The notes beneath the pieces were generated by a model that was not told the origin of the DNA, ran no database searches, and saw only the letters and a list, made by a program, of their open reading frames with translations. From NCBI GenBank assembly GCA_963837955.1, contig CAWIPH010000002.1:416001-480000 (forward strand): 64,000 nucleotides of DNA. The letters are read 5' to 3'. Below, one piece after another: positions 49,573 to 60,049 of this stretch (the first letter of the stretch is position 1; every line of letters starts with the position of its first letter). The position numbers and the translations under genes are program-made. Source of the stretch: an uncultured Verrucomicrobiae bacterium (GTDB taxonomy: Bacteria > Verrucomicrobiota > Verrucomicrobiia > Chthoniobacterales > JAFAMB01).

Positions 49573-50460
49573 CTAACCAGCAATGCCGGTTTGATGTTGG
49601 CAAGCCGATACCGTGTTCTGCATCAGCATCGCGATTGTCATCGGCCCGACTCCGCCCGGGACCGGAGTGATGGCTCTGGCTCGCTCCGCTACTTCGTCGA
49701 AAGCCACATCTCCCACCAGTCGAAAACCGCTCGGTCGAGTGGGATCCTCCAGGCGGTTGATTCCGACGTCGATGACGATCGCACCTTCCCGCACGTGTTT
49801 TGCCCGCAAGAACTGGCTGCGCCCGATGGCTGCTACCAGGATATCAGCGGAGCGGGTTAGCTCTTCCAAGCCGTTGGATCGAGAATGGGCCACCGTGACC
49901 GTGGCATCACCTCCGCGCCCTTTCTGCATCAACAGCAAAGCCAGCGGCTTCCCTACCAGCATACTCCGGCCGACAATCACTACATGAGCTCCTTTAGGAT
50001 CGAACCCTGATTCGAGAAGAAGTCGCTGGCATCCGAGAGGAGTGCATGGGACGAGAGCGGTGGGGTCACCCATAGCTAATTTCCCGACGTTCACCGGATG
50101 TAATCCGTCCACGTCTTTAGTTGGGTTAAGCGCATTAACGACGGCCCTTTCGTCGATGTGGGGCGGAGGAGGCGATTGCACCAGGATCCCGTGAACCTCT
50201 TGATCCGAATTCAATTGTTCGACGATCCTCAGTAATTCCTTTTGAGAGGTACCAGCCTCTAGCTCGATCTTCCGGGAGTAGAGTCCGAGCTCTTGAGATG
50301 TCCGGTCTTTGTTCCGCACATAAGTCACGGAAGCGGGGTCGTCTCCAACGAGAACGACCGCCAGACCAGGTACCACTCCCAGACGCTTTAGCTCGGCAAC
50401 CTTTGCCCGGGTCTGGTCATTGATTTTCCGGGCGATCGCTTTTCCGTCAATAAGTTCCAT
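49573..50460 (-). CDS. folD: Methylenetetrahydrofolate dehydrogenase/cyclohydrolase
   Basis: [28 protein letters not shown]. Confidence 0.97.
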   Translation of the reverse strand: MELIDGKAIARKINDQTRAKVAELKRLGVVPGLAVVLVGDDPASVTYVRNKDRTSQELGLYSRKIELEAGTSQKELLRIVEQLNSDQEVHGILVQSPPPPHIDERAVVNALNPTKDVDGLHPVNVGKLAMGDPTALVPCTPLGCQRLLLESGFDPKGAHVVIVGRSMLVGKPLALLLMQKGRGGDATVTVAHSRSNGLEELTRSADILVAAIGRSQFLRAKHVREGAIVIDVGINRLEDPTRPSGFRLVGDVAFDEVAERARAITPVPGGVGPMTIAMLMQNTVSACQHQTGIAG

Positions 50461-50512
50461 GAGGCGTTAGGCGAGCAGGGATTCTCATTTGTCATCTGGG
50501 ACTTGTCATTTC

Positions 50513-51928
50513 CTAACGTTGCAGCCATTCCGTGTGGAATGATCCCGGTTTATCGACGCGTTCGTAAGTATGGGCGCCAAAATAATCGCGTTGCGCTTGT
50601 AGTAAGTTAGCCGGCAACCGCTCCTGCCGGTAACTATCGTAATACGCGAGCGAGGCACTGAATGCTGGTACCGCGATGCCTGCTTGAATCGCCTGACTAA
50701 TGGCGAATCTCCAATTCTTTTGGGTCCGCGCCAGGACTTCCTTGAAGAATGGATCGAGCATTAGATTTTCCAGCTTTGGCTCGCGGTCGAAAGCTTCTTT
50801 GATCCGATTAAGGAATTTTGCGCGGATGATGCAACCCCCGCGCCAGATGGTGGCGATGTCGCCGTAGTGAAGGTTCCAGTTAAACTGCTGGCTGGCTGCA
50901 CCAAACAACGTAAAGCCTTGGGCGTAAGAAATAATTTTCGATGCATACAAGGCGTCGCGAACCGCGTCGATTAATTCGGCGCGGTTCCCTTCGAATTTAT
51001 AGGTGCTGGGACCGGATAGCTGCTTCGACGCGCGGGCTCGCTGTTCTTTCAGAGAGGAGAGAATTCTGGCTTCTACGGCCGCGTTGATTGTGGAAATCAC
51101 GATCGTCTGCTCGATCGCAGATTGCAGGGTCCATTTACCGGTTCCTTTTTGGCCGGCCTTATCCAGGATTACATCCACTAAAGCTTTGCCGGTTTCCGGA
51201 TCTTTCTTAGAAAAAATGTTCGCAGTAATTTCGATGAGAAAACTGTCCAGATCTCCTCGATTCCAATCGGCGAAGACGTCGTGCAACTCATTCGGGCTAA
51301 GACCAAGCACATCGCGAAGGATAGCGTAGGCTTCGCAGATGAGCTGCATGTCTCCATATTCAATGCCGTTATGTACCATCTTGACATAGTGGCCGGCTCC
51401 ATCCGGCCCCATGTATCGGCAGCACGGTTCTCCATCTACTTGGGCGGCAATTTTTTGGCAAATAGGAGCGACGATCTTCCAGGCTGTTTCTGCTCCTCCT
51501 GGCATCATTGAAGGCCCCTTCAGCGCCCCTTCTTCACCTCCGGAGACCCCGATACCCATAAAATGAATGCCCTTTTCGGCGAGCGCCTTATCTCGCCGTT
51601 GGGTATCGAGATAAAGCGAGTTTCCTCCGTCGATGATGACGTCGCCGCGATCGAGATGAGGCAAGAGTTGGTCAATGACGGCATCGACTGCGCCGCCTGC
51701 CTTTACCATTATCATCGTCTTGCGTGGTCGAGCCAATGTCCCAACGAACTCCTCGATCGATTTGGTTGGAACAATCTTTTTTCCTTTGGCCCGACCAGCA
51801 GCAAATTTGTCAGTCACCTCTGTGGTTCGATTGTAAACCGAGACGGTGTACCCTTTGCTCTCCATGTTGAGCACAAGATTTTCTCCCATCACTGCTAGTC
51901 CAACGAGTCCGATGTCCGATGCGTTCAT
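50513..51928 (-). CDS. gnd: 6-phosphogluconate dehydrogenase (decarboxylating)
   Basis: GLAVMG, VKMVHNGIEY, QKGTGKW, QAQRDYFGAH. Confidence 0.97.
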   Translation of the reverse strand: MNASDIGLVGLAVMGENLVLNMESKGYTVSVYNRTTEVTDKFAAGRAKGKKIVPTKSIEEFVGTLARPRKTMIMVKAGGAVDAVIDQLLPHLDRGDVIIDGGNSLYLDTQRRDKALAEKGIHFMGIGVSGGEEGALKGPSMMPGGAETAWKIVAPICQKIAAQVDGEPCCRYMGPDGAGHYVKMVHNGIEYGDMQLICEAYAILRDVLGLSPNELHDVFADWNRGDLDSFLIEITANIFSKKDPETGKALVDVILDKAGQKGTGKWTLQSAIEQTIVISTINAAVEARILSSLKEQRARASKQLSGPSTYKFEGNRAELIDAVRDALYASKIISYAQGFTLFGAASQQFNWNLHYGDIATIWRGGCIIRAKFLNRIKEAFDREPKLENLMLDPFFKEVLARTQKNWRFAISQAIQAGIAVPAFSASLAYYDSYRQERLPANLLQAQRDYFGAHTYERVDKPGSFHTEWLQR

Positions 51929-52099
51929 AATCCGATTTTTGGCGAAATTGAAAATAATAGTCCGGTGATCGCTCCTCCAGAGCGGGGTTTGCGGATCCGC
52001 GGTTCTTCTGGCATTAACCTAGCCTATTTCGTCGTGCAAGCTGTCAAAGAGTGCAGAAACTCATAGAATTCAATGGCCGGATCATTCTACATTGATTCG

Positions 52100-52504
52100 A
52101 TGGCGCTCGACGTGAAGCTGACGACGGAGTCGTTGTCCAGATTCAATCCGGAATTTTCGGATCTGGATGGGGCGATGGTCGACTTTTTTGGGGTGGTGCG
52201 AGGAACAGAAAATGGGCGACCAATTGATGGTATTGATTATCAGGCTTTTGTTGAAATGGCGGAGATTGAGCTTAGGCGCATCGCCGAAAATGCTCGGAAG
52301 GACTTTATGCTTGGACTCGTTTTGATCCACCATCGCATTGGCTTCGTGCCTGCTGGCGAACCGTCGCTATTGGTTCGAGTTACTGCACCTCATCGCGACA
52401 CGGCCTTTGCCGGGTGCCAGCACATCATCGAACAGCTCAAGGCCAAGGTCCCGATCTGGAAGCATCCGGCTTTTCGGAGACACGGCGCGCATGAACTTGC
52501 CTAA
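52100..52504 (+). CDS. moaE: Molybdopterin synthase catalytic subunit
   Basis: GA.V.F.GVVR, HHRIG, APHR..AF, LK..VPIWK. Confidence 0.88.
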   Translation: MALDVKLTTESLSRFNPEFSDLDGAMVDFFGVVRGTENGRPIDGIDYQAFVEMAEIELRRIAENARKDFMLGLVLIHHRIGFVPAGEPSLLVRVTAPHRDTAFAGCQHIIEQLKAKVPIWKHPAFRRHGAHELA

Positions 52505-53066
52505 CCAGCTAACGCTGGGCCGGTTGATCATTACATTGCCGTTCGTCGCGGCGCTCAGCGTCGATTGGCCAGGGACCAAGACCATCGCCTTGTGCCTTTT
52601 TTTCCTGGCGACCTTGACCGATTACGCAGACGGCCTCATCGCCCGCCGATACAATCTTGTGACCGTTTTTGGCCAATTGATGGACCCGCTGGTCGACAAG
52701 ATCATGACCATCTCGGCTTTTATCTGCTTAGTCGCTCTACACGAAATACCTGCTTGGGCCGTGATCTTAATTGTAAGCCGCGAATTTCTCGTTACCGGCC
52801 TGCGTTTGATTGCTGCATCCCGTGGCCGGACCTTGCCGGCTGAGAGGTTGGGCAAGCACAAAACGGCCTGGCAAATGGCCACTATTATCTATTTTCTCGT
52901 GCTGCGTAGCGCACAGGAGTTTGGCGGCTCCGGCTGGGCTACCACAAACAATCCTCTACTTGGATCTCTTGGCGTTGCTTTAGTCGCAGTCACCGTAGCG
53001 TTGACCCTGCTTTCCGGGATAGGCTACCTCGCCAAAAATTGGGACCTTCTGCGCGAAAGCCAATGA
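52491..53066 (+). CDS. pgsA: CDP-diacylglycerol--glycerol-3-phosphate phosphatidyltransferase
   Basis: MNLPNQLT, TDYADGLIAR...FG..MDP.VDK, SREF.VTGLR. Confidence 0.93.
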   Translation: MNLPNQLTLGRLIITLPFVAALSVDWPGTKTIALCLFFLATLTDYADGLIARRYNLVTVFGQLMDPLVDKIMTISAFICLVALHEIPAWAVILIVSREFLVTGLRLIAASRGRTLPAERLGKHKTAWQMATIIYFLVLRSAQEFGGSGWATTNNPLLGSLGVALVAVTVALTLLSGIGYLAKNWDLLRESQ

Positions 53067-53182
53067 CAAAATTGGCAAAGAAGCCAGGTTGAAACCGGGC
53101 CCGAACCGTTAGCGCGCACTACTCGACTACTCCTGAAGCGTGCGAGGACGGCGACGAAGAGAAAAACATTACGCCATACCGG

Positions 53183-53752
53183 TCAAAAAATCGTCTGAGG
53201 TACCTCGATGCGGTCTCCTGGCTCTACCGGTATGTCTAGCGACGGATTGGAGCGGATTTTCTTAATGTCGATAACCATTACTTCGTTACCGCGGAGCAGT
53301 CGCACTTTGCGTTGTTCGGCGAACGGAGAAAATCCACCCGCCGCAGTGATCGTGGACAGGATGGTAAGGTCCGGCGTGTACGGTACCCGCTGCGGAGCTT
53401 TTACCTCGCCTCCGACGTTTACCCAGCGGGATTGCGCCTGCATGGTAATAATGATCGTCGGGTTGGTATAGACGTCGTGGGCCCGATAGCCGCCTTCGAT
53501 CGCTGTCTGAGCCGCTCCAGAAGTAAGGCCGCCAATCCTGATTTTACCCAAGTTGGGCATATTCACATAGCCCTGTCCGTCAATCATGTAAGCGCCAGTG
53601 ACCGAGGTGGTGTCGTTAGCAGGAACACCCCCGATTTTTAGCTCGATCGTGTCGCCCGGACGAAGTAGCGCCTCTCCCGCGAAGGCGACAACGCAAAAGA
53701 CCGTCAGGATCGCGAGCGTACCGCAGAATCGAACACGACCATTAGTAGACAT
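53183..53752 (-). CDS. Short polysaccharide export (OPX/Wza-like) protein, Poly_export plus one SLBB domain
   Basis: LRPGD, G.V.MP.LG, GEVKAP, AAGGF, PGD.I.VP; 189 aa. Confidence 0.88.
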   Translation of the reverse strand: MSTNGRVRFCGTLAILTVFCVVAFAGEALLRPGDTIELKIGGVPANDTTSVTGAYMIDGQGYVNMPNLGKIRIGGLTSGAAQTAIEGGYRAHDVYTNPTIIITMQAQSRWVNVGGEVKAPQRVPYTPDLTILSTITAAGGFSPFAEQRKVRLLRGNEVMVIDIKKIRSNPSLDIPVEPGDRIEVPQTIF

Positions 53753-55979
53753 CGTTGCTAAAGGTTTCGGCCACTACTTTCTCGACCGGCTTTTTGTTCG
53801 GCGAGGATCCATTCAAATCTTCTGCTGCCAACGGTTCCGGTTCGAGCCGCGCCGACGGTTGCCCGCGCTGTACCGCCACTAGTTTTGCTGGTTTGGGCGG
53901 CTTTTCCGCTGGTCTAGGCTTCGTGTAGTATTGGCTGTAGCTTGTGTAGTACTGGTAGTTGTTGTCGTGCTTCACATCAACGTTATTGAGGACCACTCCC
54001 AACGGCTTCGTTCCGATATTCAGAAGCGACCCCTTCACCCGGATCAACATGGATCGGGGGAACTTGCGATGCTGGGCGATAATTATTGAGGCCTCCACCA
54101 GCGCACTCACCACGAGAGCGTCGCTGACACCAAGGATGGGCGGGCAATCGAAAATCACGACATCGAACCAATCCTTCACTGTATCCACGAGCTCGCGCAT
54201 CTTGTCAGAATTCAGGAGACTCACCACGCTATGCGTTTCCATGCCACTGGTGATTACGAAAAGACTCGGAACGTGGCCGACTTGAATCACCTCATCTAGG
54301 GTCACTTTGCCCTTAAGGTACTCACTGAGACCGACCCGGTTGTCGAGATCGAATAGCCGGTGCTGAGCCGGACGACGGAGGTCGCTATCTATGATCAAAG
54401 TCTGTTGGCCAGCAGTAGCGTAAGCGGTCCCGAGATTGCAGACCGTTGTGGATTTACCTTCTGACGGGCCGCCGCTGACCACGCTTAGAATAGAAGCGGC
54501 AACCTTCTGACGGGCAAAATCGACATTGGTTTTCATGATCCGGTAAGCTTCTGCGTCCGGGCTATCTTCGCTGGTTTGCGGTAGAAGATGGATTCCTTTG
54601 GGAATGATGGCTAGGACAGGCAGTTCCAGTAGTCTTTCCACTTCGTCCATGGTCTTGACGCTGGTATCGAGATACTCGAGAAAGAAGGCGAAGCCGACGC
54701 CAAGGACCAATCCCGCGATTACCCCAAGGAACAGATTAAGAATGATTTTCGGGCGACTCGGAAAGGTAGGGGATTCCGCCGGATCCCGGATCGTCGCTGG
54801 CTTTTGCGGCATCGTGCGTTCCATCGTTTCGCTGCTGAGCCGAGTTTTGGCAGCCTCCAGCAATTTCCGCTCTTGGAGATAGCGATATTTGGCGTCCAAG
54901 TACTGAGCACTGACCGTCTTCTTCTCCTGCTGCGCGCTTTGGCTGGTGCTCAAATTGGTTTCCATCGACTTGAGCGAGTTCTCCGCGATGGCGAGCTGAG
55001 TGACCATTCCCTTCCGAATGCTATCGATCTGCTGCCGAAGCTGCTGCTCGATCGTATCGATTTGGGCCTGGATCGCTTTGACGTCAGGATGATTGTGCCC
55101 CAAGCCGGAGCTCAGGAGCCGTGCTTTTTCCGAAACCGCACTTTGGTATAGCGGTAATTTCTGCTCTAGGATCGGATCGTTGAGATTCAGCAATCCGGCC
55201 GCGCGCATGAGATCATCGGATTTTAACCGGTCCAGTTCTTTCACCCGGCTCGAGAGGGTCGCAATCTGTGATCTAGAGTCGTTTACTTTTTCCTGATTGG
55301 TGAGAACGGACGAATCCTCCACCCGGCTGCCCGAGTCAAAACTGTCTGGATTGGGATCGTTGATTCCAGCCTCGGTCCGCAATCGCGACGCTTCAGCATA
55401 GGCTTCGTTTACCGCTCGCTCCTTCTGCGTCACTTCGTCGCGGAGTTGGTCCAACCCTTTCGAAATACTTGTTTGGGCCTCGGAAATCCGCTGCTCCATG
55501 TATTCCTGAGCGACAGTATTTGCCAATAATGCCGCCTCGCGCGGATCCGTGCTGTAAATACTGATTTGAATGAGGTTGGTATTCCGAACCTCCGTCAGCT
55601 GCAACATGGAGTGGAGCTTGTTGTACGCCGCTTCCAGCGACAGAGGTTCGCCTTGGCGAGCCCATCTTTTCTCGAGATCAAGTCGCTGAATGACCGGGTA
55701 AAGCACCCCTTTCCGAGTGATAATCTGAAACTGGGTTTGCGTAAATTTCGGATCGTTTACTTCATTCGCCGCAGTGGAATCGTGAAAAATCCGAACCGGG
55801 TTCATATCCGGCTCTACTTCGATCGTGGCGAAGGACATGTATTCCTTCGGCATCAAAAAGGTCGTTACGCCGACCGTGATTACGACCAAGAGAAAAATCA
55901 GAGCGACTAAGCCGAGGCGGATTCTGATTACTCGCCAATAGTCGAGAAGGTGGAGTTTCGCCTCTTGAGGATTATTCAT
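53742..55979 (-). CDS. Wzc-like polysaccharide co-polymerase / tyrosine autokinase
   Basis: Two transmembrane segments, NHPDV, Walker A SEGKST, DSDLRRP, DCPP, C-terminal Tyr cluster YQYYTSYSQYY. Confidence 0.93.
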   Translation of the reverse strand: MNNPQEAKLHLLDYWRVIRIRLGLVALIFLLVVITVGVTTFLMPKEYMSFATIEVEPDMNPVRIFHDSTAANEVNDPKFTQTQFQIITRKGVLYPVIQRLDLEKRWARQGEPLSLEAAYNKLHSMLQLTEVRNTNLIQISIYSTDPREAALLANTVAQEYMEQRISEAQTSISKGLDQLRDEVTQKERAVNEAYAEASRLRTEAGINDPNPDSFDSGSRVEDSSVLTNQEKVNDSRSQIATLSSRVKELDRLKSDDLMRAAGLLNLNDPILEQKLPLYQSAVSEKARLLSSGLGHNHPDVKAIQAQIDTIEQQLRQQIDSIRKGMVTQLAIAENSLKSMETNLSTSQSAQQEKKTVSAQYLDAKYRYLQERKLLEAAKTRLSSETMERTMPQKPATIRDPAESPTFPSRPKIILNLFLGVIAGLVLGVGFAFFLEYLDTSVKTMDEVERLLELPVLAIIPKGIHLLPQTSEDSPDAEAYRIMKTNVDFARQKVAASILSVVSGGPSEGKSTTVCNLGTAYATAGQQTLIIDSDLRRPAQHRLFDLDNRVGLSEYLKGKVTLDEVIQVGHVPSLFVITSGMETHSVVSLLNSDKMRELVDTVKDWFDVVIFDCPPILGVSDALVVSALVEASIIIAQHRKFPRSMLIRVKGSLLNIGTKPLGVVLNNVDVKHDNNYQYYTSYSQYYTKPRPAEKPPKPAKLVAVQRGQPSARLEPEPLAAEDLNGSSPNKKPVEKVVAETFSNDVY

Positions 55980-56077
55980 GAACAGATTGAGAGTTATCCG
56001 GCAGCCCGCCGCATCATTTAAGTTACGGCAAGAAGCAACAAAACCTTAGCGCCAAACATAATTCGGAAGCTATTCCA

Positions 56078-57304
56078 CTAGAACGCGAATAAAATCCCCA
56101 GGTACGCGCGGTTCCGATAGTAATCGCGACTAACTATCTGCGAAAAATCCCGCTCAAAAGTGTATCCGCCACTCAGCGCCAATGAGCGATTGAATTGGTA
56201 GGTGAGACCAACGTTCAGATCTAGGACGTTCTCGGTGAACGACGGATTAGCATAGTCATTGTACGAATAGTAGACCGCACCCACCAGTCGTAGCCTCGCA
56301 CCGACCACATGAGAAATCTTGAGCCCCGTTCGATAGGTCCGACGATACCCGACACCCAAGTCGGATTCTTCGATGCCATACCGGTTGTACCATTCCACGA
56401 AGGAGCCAGGCTGATATTGATAAGCGAGGGTACCCTCCGCATAAGGATCCGTTAGGTCTTGGGATTGTCCGGGTTGCATCTGCTCATAGTGCCTAAACTC
56501 GACTCCTCCACGAACGCTGAAGCTCAGACGCTGGCTCAAGGTCACATCGACCCCGCCCAGGGCAAAATTGGAGTAAGAGTTCAGGTTGCTATTAGTGAAG
56601 TAATCGACGTAGCCGAATCGATACTCAGCTACCGCGGTTATCGTGGGCAGGACCAGGAAACGAAATTGTTGGTCGACCAGGTTCTCCAGTCGATTGAGGA
56701 AATCTCCGATACTGGTCTTGTCGTAGTAGAGAACGTTCGCACCGTAGCTCGTGAGCGTGGAAAAGCGCGGCGTCCACTGGTACCCAAACCCCAACTGATT
56801 CGCGGTGTAGAAATAATTGGAGACTTGATTAACTGCGCTGACTCCATTCTGCAGATTTGGCTGCGCCGTGTAGGCGGTGTAGTCGGTGAACGTGATTGAT
56901 GCCCGAGGACTTAACTGATGCGAGAAGGCGAGGTTCAGGCTGATATTCGGATCCACCGATTGGCCAGGGCGGTTCCAATAGAAATCGAGCCCTAACCCCA
57001 AATCGGCGTCTAGCCTAGTGCGCTTGTTGCCAATGTGGCTGGCTATGCTGAGCGTCGCTTCGGTAAACCCGCTCCCCATCCGGTTACTGTGTGAAGCAAA
57101 TATGTTGTCGTCGTAGCCGATCGCGGTGAAGACCGAGATCCGCAAGGGGAGGTCCGTGTAGATCCCTTCACCCAGATCCGTGCTGGGGCGGAATAGGGGA
57201 AAGCTTGAGGGGGAAGCTACGTATGTCCCGTTTTGCGCCTCCGAAATAGCAATCGAGCCCAGAAATAAAACCAGCGACAGTAGGGCGCGAAACAGCTTTT
57301 GCAT
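56078..57304 (-). CDS. Outer-membrane beta-barrel protein associated with polysaccharide export
   Basis: Signal peptide, GYDDNIF, amphipathic strands, C-terminal Phe. Confidence 0.82.
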   Translation of the reverse strand: MQKLFRALLSLVLFLGSIAISEAQNGTYVASPSSFPLFRPSTDLGEGIYTDLPLRISVFTAIGYDDNIFASHSNRMGSGFTEATLSIASHIGNKRTRLDADLGLGLDFYWNRPGQSVDPNISLNLAFSHQLSPRASITFTDYTAYTAQPNLQNGVSAVNQVSNYFYTANQLGFGYQWTPRFSTLTSYGANVLYYDKTSIGDFLNRLENLVDQQFRFLVLPTITAVAEYRFGYVDYFTNSNLNSYSNFALGGVDVTLSQRLSFSVRGGVEFRHYEQMQPGQSQDLTDPYAEGTLAYQYQPGSFVEWYNRYGIEESDLGVGYRRTYRTGLKISHVVGARLRLVGAVYYSYNDYANPSFTENVLDLNVGLTYQFNRSLALSGGYTFERDFSQIVSRDYYRNRAYLGILFAF

Positions 57305-57500
57305 GGTTTTAGGAAGAACTCGAACGGTGCGGCGCGGCGTTATAAATACTATGGATATTTGATATTCCAGAATTTCGAGAATCTACCAGGCGCGGAGTTT
57401 AGCAAAGCAAGTTGTAATCCACAATGGAATTCTCTTAGAAGCGAAAACCGCTTCCGAAATCCTGCCATATTCGATAAAAACCAGACCTTTCTTGGTTTGG

Positions 57501-58130
57501 TCAACGCTCGGATTCCAAGTCGCGCACCGAAAATAGACCGCCATCCCTCCATTCGAAAAGTTCGGTCGATACGGGCCACGCGCTGTTGTGGTAGAAGCTT
57601 CGGAGGGGCTCGACTACTTGGTTGATATCCCCTCCGATTCGGGGAAACAGAAAAATCACCTGGCGATTGGGGATAGACACGAGGCAGTTTTTTCCCAAGA
57701 TATCGGCGAATTGATCGGTAAACCCGGGCAAAAGTATCAAAGATGATAGCGATGGATCGGTACTTTCAATTCGGATATCGATGGCAACGCCATGTTTATC
57801 ACGGGTGATTCTCGGAGCGACCCGCTTGGAGAGCGCGCGAGCATGGGCCAGAGCGAGATTTTTTAGCTCTGGCAGAGGATGCTCCGCCAACGAATTGGCT
57901 GGAATTGGGGCTACGGTGCCGTCGCTTGCCTCATCGTAGAATCCGATCACTGTCCGGGAAGTGCCCCCGATTGGAAGAAAAACGGGGGTGTGATAAAAAT
58001 GTGGGTCGAGAATCATGACAGGCTCTCCGGAAGTCAGGGAGGTGAAGTAACCCAGACAAAGAAGGACATTTAGGATACAGACGGACTGGGATTTGCAGTT
58101 TCGGCGAGCGGAGTTACTTCTAAAAGGCAT
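57501..58130 (-). CDS. Hypothetical protein (start uncertain)
   Basis: Long ORF filling the gap, globular composition, hydrophobic N-terminal stretch. Confidence 0.6.
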   Translation of the reverse strand: MPFRSNSARRNCKSQSVCILNVLLCLGYFTSLTSGEPVMILDPHFYHTPVFLPIGGTSRTVIGFYDEASDGTVAPIPANSLAEHPLPELKNLALAHARALSKRVAPRITRDKHGVAIDIRIESTDPSLSSLILLPGFTDQFADILGKNCLVSIPNRQVIFLFPRIGGDINQVVEPLRSFYHNSAWPVSTELFEWRDGGLFSVRDLESER

Positions 58131-58131
58131 A

Positions 58132-58728
58132 ATGATAGCATTTCTCGAGGGTGAGCTGGCGGAGGCGTGGCCGACCCAGGTCGTCATCTCGGTTCAGGGT
58201 GTGGGTTATTTGGTTCAAATACCTCTTTCGAGTTTTGAGCATCTTCCGCCAATTGGCCAGCGGGTCCGACTGCTAACTCATTTGGTTGTGCGAGAAGATG
58301 CGCATCTTTTGTTCGGATTCGCCAGCCCGTCCGAACGGGATCTCTTTCGCTTACTGTTGCAGCACGTCAGCGGAGTTGGACCGAAACTGGCGTTGGCGGT
58401 TTTGAGTGGCATGACCGTCCCGCAGTTTAAAGCTGCGGTTGTTCGGGGGGATGCCGCAGCGCTAGCCAAGATCAGCGGTCTGGGAAAGAAAACAGCCGAA
58501 CGTATAATTCTTGAACTCAAAGACCGCGTCGGAGTAGCGGCCGCCTGGGAGGTGGCAGTCACTGCGAGAGAGGATCAACAGGTCAAAGTCAACGATGCTC
58601 TGCTTGCATTGATCTCATTGGGCTTTAAACAGGTTGAGGCCCAAAAGGCTCTCCACGAAATCTATGATTCAACTAAGAATCCAAACACGGACGAGCTAGT
58701 GCGGTTGGCGCTCAAAAAGCTGGCTTAA
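58132..58728 (+). CDS. ruvA: Holliday junction branch migration protein RuvA
   Basis: MIAFLEG, GVGY, VRED..LFGF, VSGVGPKLA, GLGKKTAERI..ELK. Confidence 0.97.
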   Translation: MIAFLEGELAEAWPTQVVISVQGVGYLVQIPLSSFEHLPPIGQRVRLLTHLVVREDAHLLFGFASPSERDLFRLLLQHVSGVGPKLALAVLSGMTVPQFKAAVVRGDAAALAKISGLGKKTAERIILELKDRVGVAAAWEVAVTAREDQQVKVNDALLALISLGFKQVEAQKALHEIYDSTKNPNTDELVRLALKKLA

Positions 58729-58735
58729 TGGAGGC

Positions 58736-60049
58736 ATGGAGAACTCGACTGATCTTGTCAGGGTCCGAAGCGTCCGTGACCGATTTCCAAAGGAAGGTCT
58801 CTTCGCGGAGAAGGAATGGCTGATCGGGCCTGAGCCTTTCTTTCTCGATCCAAAGGTCGCCGATCAATTGGAGCGACTTGGGCACTGGCTTTCCAAGTTT
58901 GTGCGGGCGACGAATCTTTTGTATCGGCAAAGTCGGCGAGGTATTCAACCTCCATGGGTCGCTGAATACTGTGAAGCGGGTAAACCGCCAGACCTGATCG
59001 AGGTTTCTCGTGTAGATTTCAAGTCGATACCTCGGGTCATTCGACCGGACATTATTCTTACTGAGGAAGGATGGAGGATATCAGAACTCGATTCGGTTCC
59101 TGGCGGGATTGGTCTGACTGCCTGGCTGAATCGGACCTACAGCCAACTAGGGTTCGACGTGATCGGCGGTGCCGAGGGGATGATCGAAGGATTTCGCTCC
59201 ATATTCCCAGCCGGTGTGATTGCGGTTTCGGCCGAGGCTCAAACCTATCGCCCCGAAATGAATTGGTTGACCGAAAACTTGAATGCGAAATACCCGGACT
59301 CATTTTGGGAAGTAGTAAAAGCGGAGGAATGGGATTTTTCGCGGAGCGAGTCGGTTTACCGGTTTTTTGAACTGTTCGATCTGCCCAATCTTCCGTCTCG
59401 AGAAAGCTTGCTGGCAGCGGCCAGGACCGGCAGCTTGGACATCACTCCCCCCCTCAAACCGTTTCTCGAGGAAAAGCTCTGCTTGGCACTCTTCTGGTCG
59501 AGGCCGCTGCAAGAGTTTTGGCGGCGCGAACTAAGCGAACGTCATTGGTTGGCATTGCGCAGTTTGATTCCCCGTACATGGGTGCTTGATCCTGCCCCGA
59601 TCCCTCATCATGCCGTGATTCCTGGGTTGGAAATTCAGGATTGGAATGAGCTAAAAAAGTTTAGCCAAAAGCAGCGAGAATTCGTGCTGAAAATCAGCGG
59701 TTTTTCTGAAAAGGCATGGGGGAGTCGCGGGGTTTATGTGGGCACCGACCTTTCACACCAGGCTTGGTCGGATCGGATCGACGAAGCGCTCCGTTCTTTC
59801 TCCACCAATCCCTATATCTTGCAGCGCTTCCACAAGGGTAAATTATACGAACAACGATTTCTCAATCCGACGACTGGATTGATCGAAACGATGCGGGGGC
59901 GGGTACGTCTTTGCCCGTACTACTTCGTCGTATCCGAGCACGATGTCAGGCTGGGAGGAGTCCTTGCCACCATCGTGCCTGCTGATAAGAAAATCGTGCA
60001 TGGTATGCGGGATGGTGTCTTGGTACCGGCGGCGATTGGCCCACGCTGA
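58736..60049 (+). CDS. Uncharacterised ATP-grasp-like protein (glutathionylspermidine-synthase / circularly permuted type)
   Basis: RPD....GW..SELDSVPGG, VLK.SG.....GSRGV, YILQRF. The ORF is secure; the fold is inferred from motifs. Confidence 0.65.
   Translation: MENSTDLVRVRSVRDRFPKEGLFAEKEWLIGPEPFFLDPKVADQLERLGHWLSKFVRATNLLYRQSRRGIQPPWVAEYCEAGKPPDLIEVSRVDFKSIPRVIRPDIILTEEGWRISELDSVPGGIGLTAWLNRTYSQLGFDVIGGAEGMIEGFRSIFPAGVIAVSAEAQTYRPEMNWLTENLNAKYPDSFWEVVKAEEWDFSRSESVYRFFELFDLPNLPSRESLLAAARTGSLDITPPLKPFLEEKLCLALFWSRPLQEFWRRELSERHWLALRSLIPRTWVLDPAPIPHHAVIPGLEIQDWNELKKFSQKQREFVLKISGFSEKAWGSRGVYVGTDLSHQAWSDRIDEALRSFSTNPYILQRFHKGKLYEQRFLNPTTGLIETMRGRVRLCPYYFVVSEHDVRLGGVLATIVPADKKIVHGMRDGVLVPAAIGPR

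Noticed and set aside
52009..52023. Possible sigma54 promoter TGGCATTAACCTAGC before moaE
   Set aside because: Spacing fits but the -12 element is weak and no supporting upstream boxes were seen.
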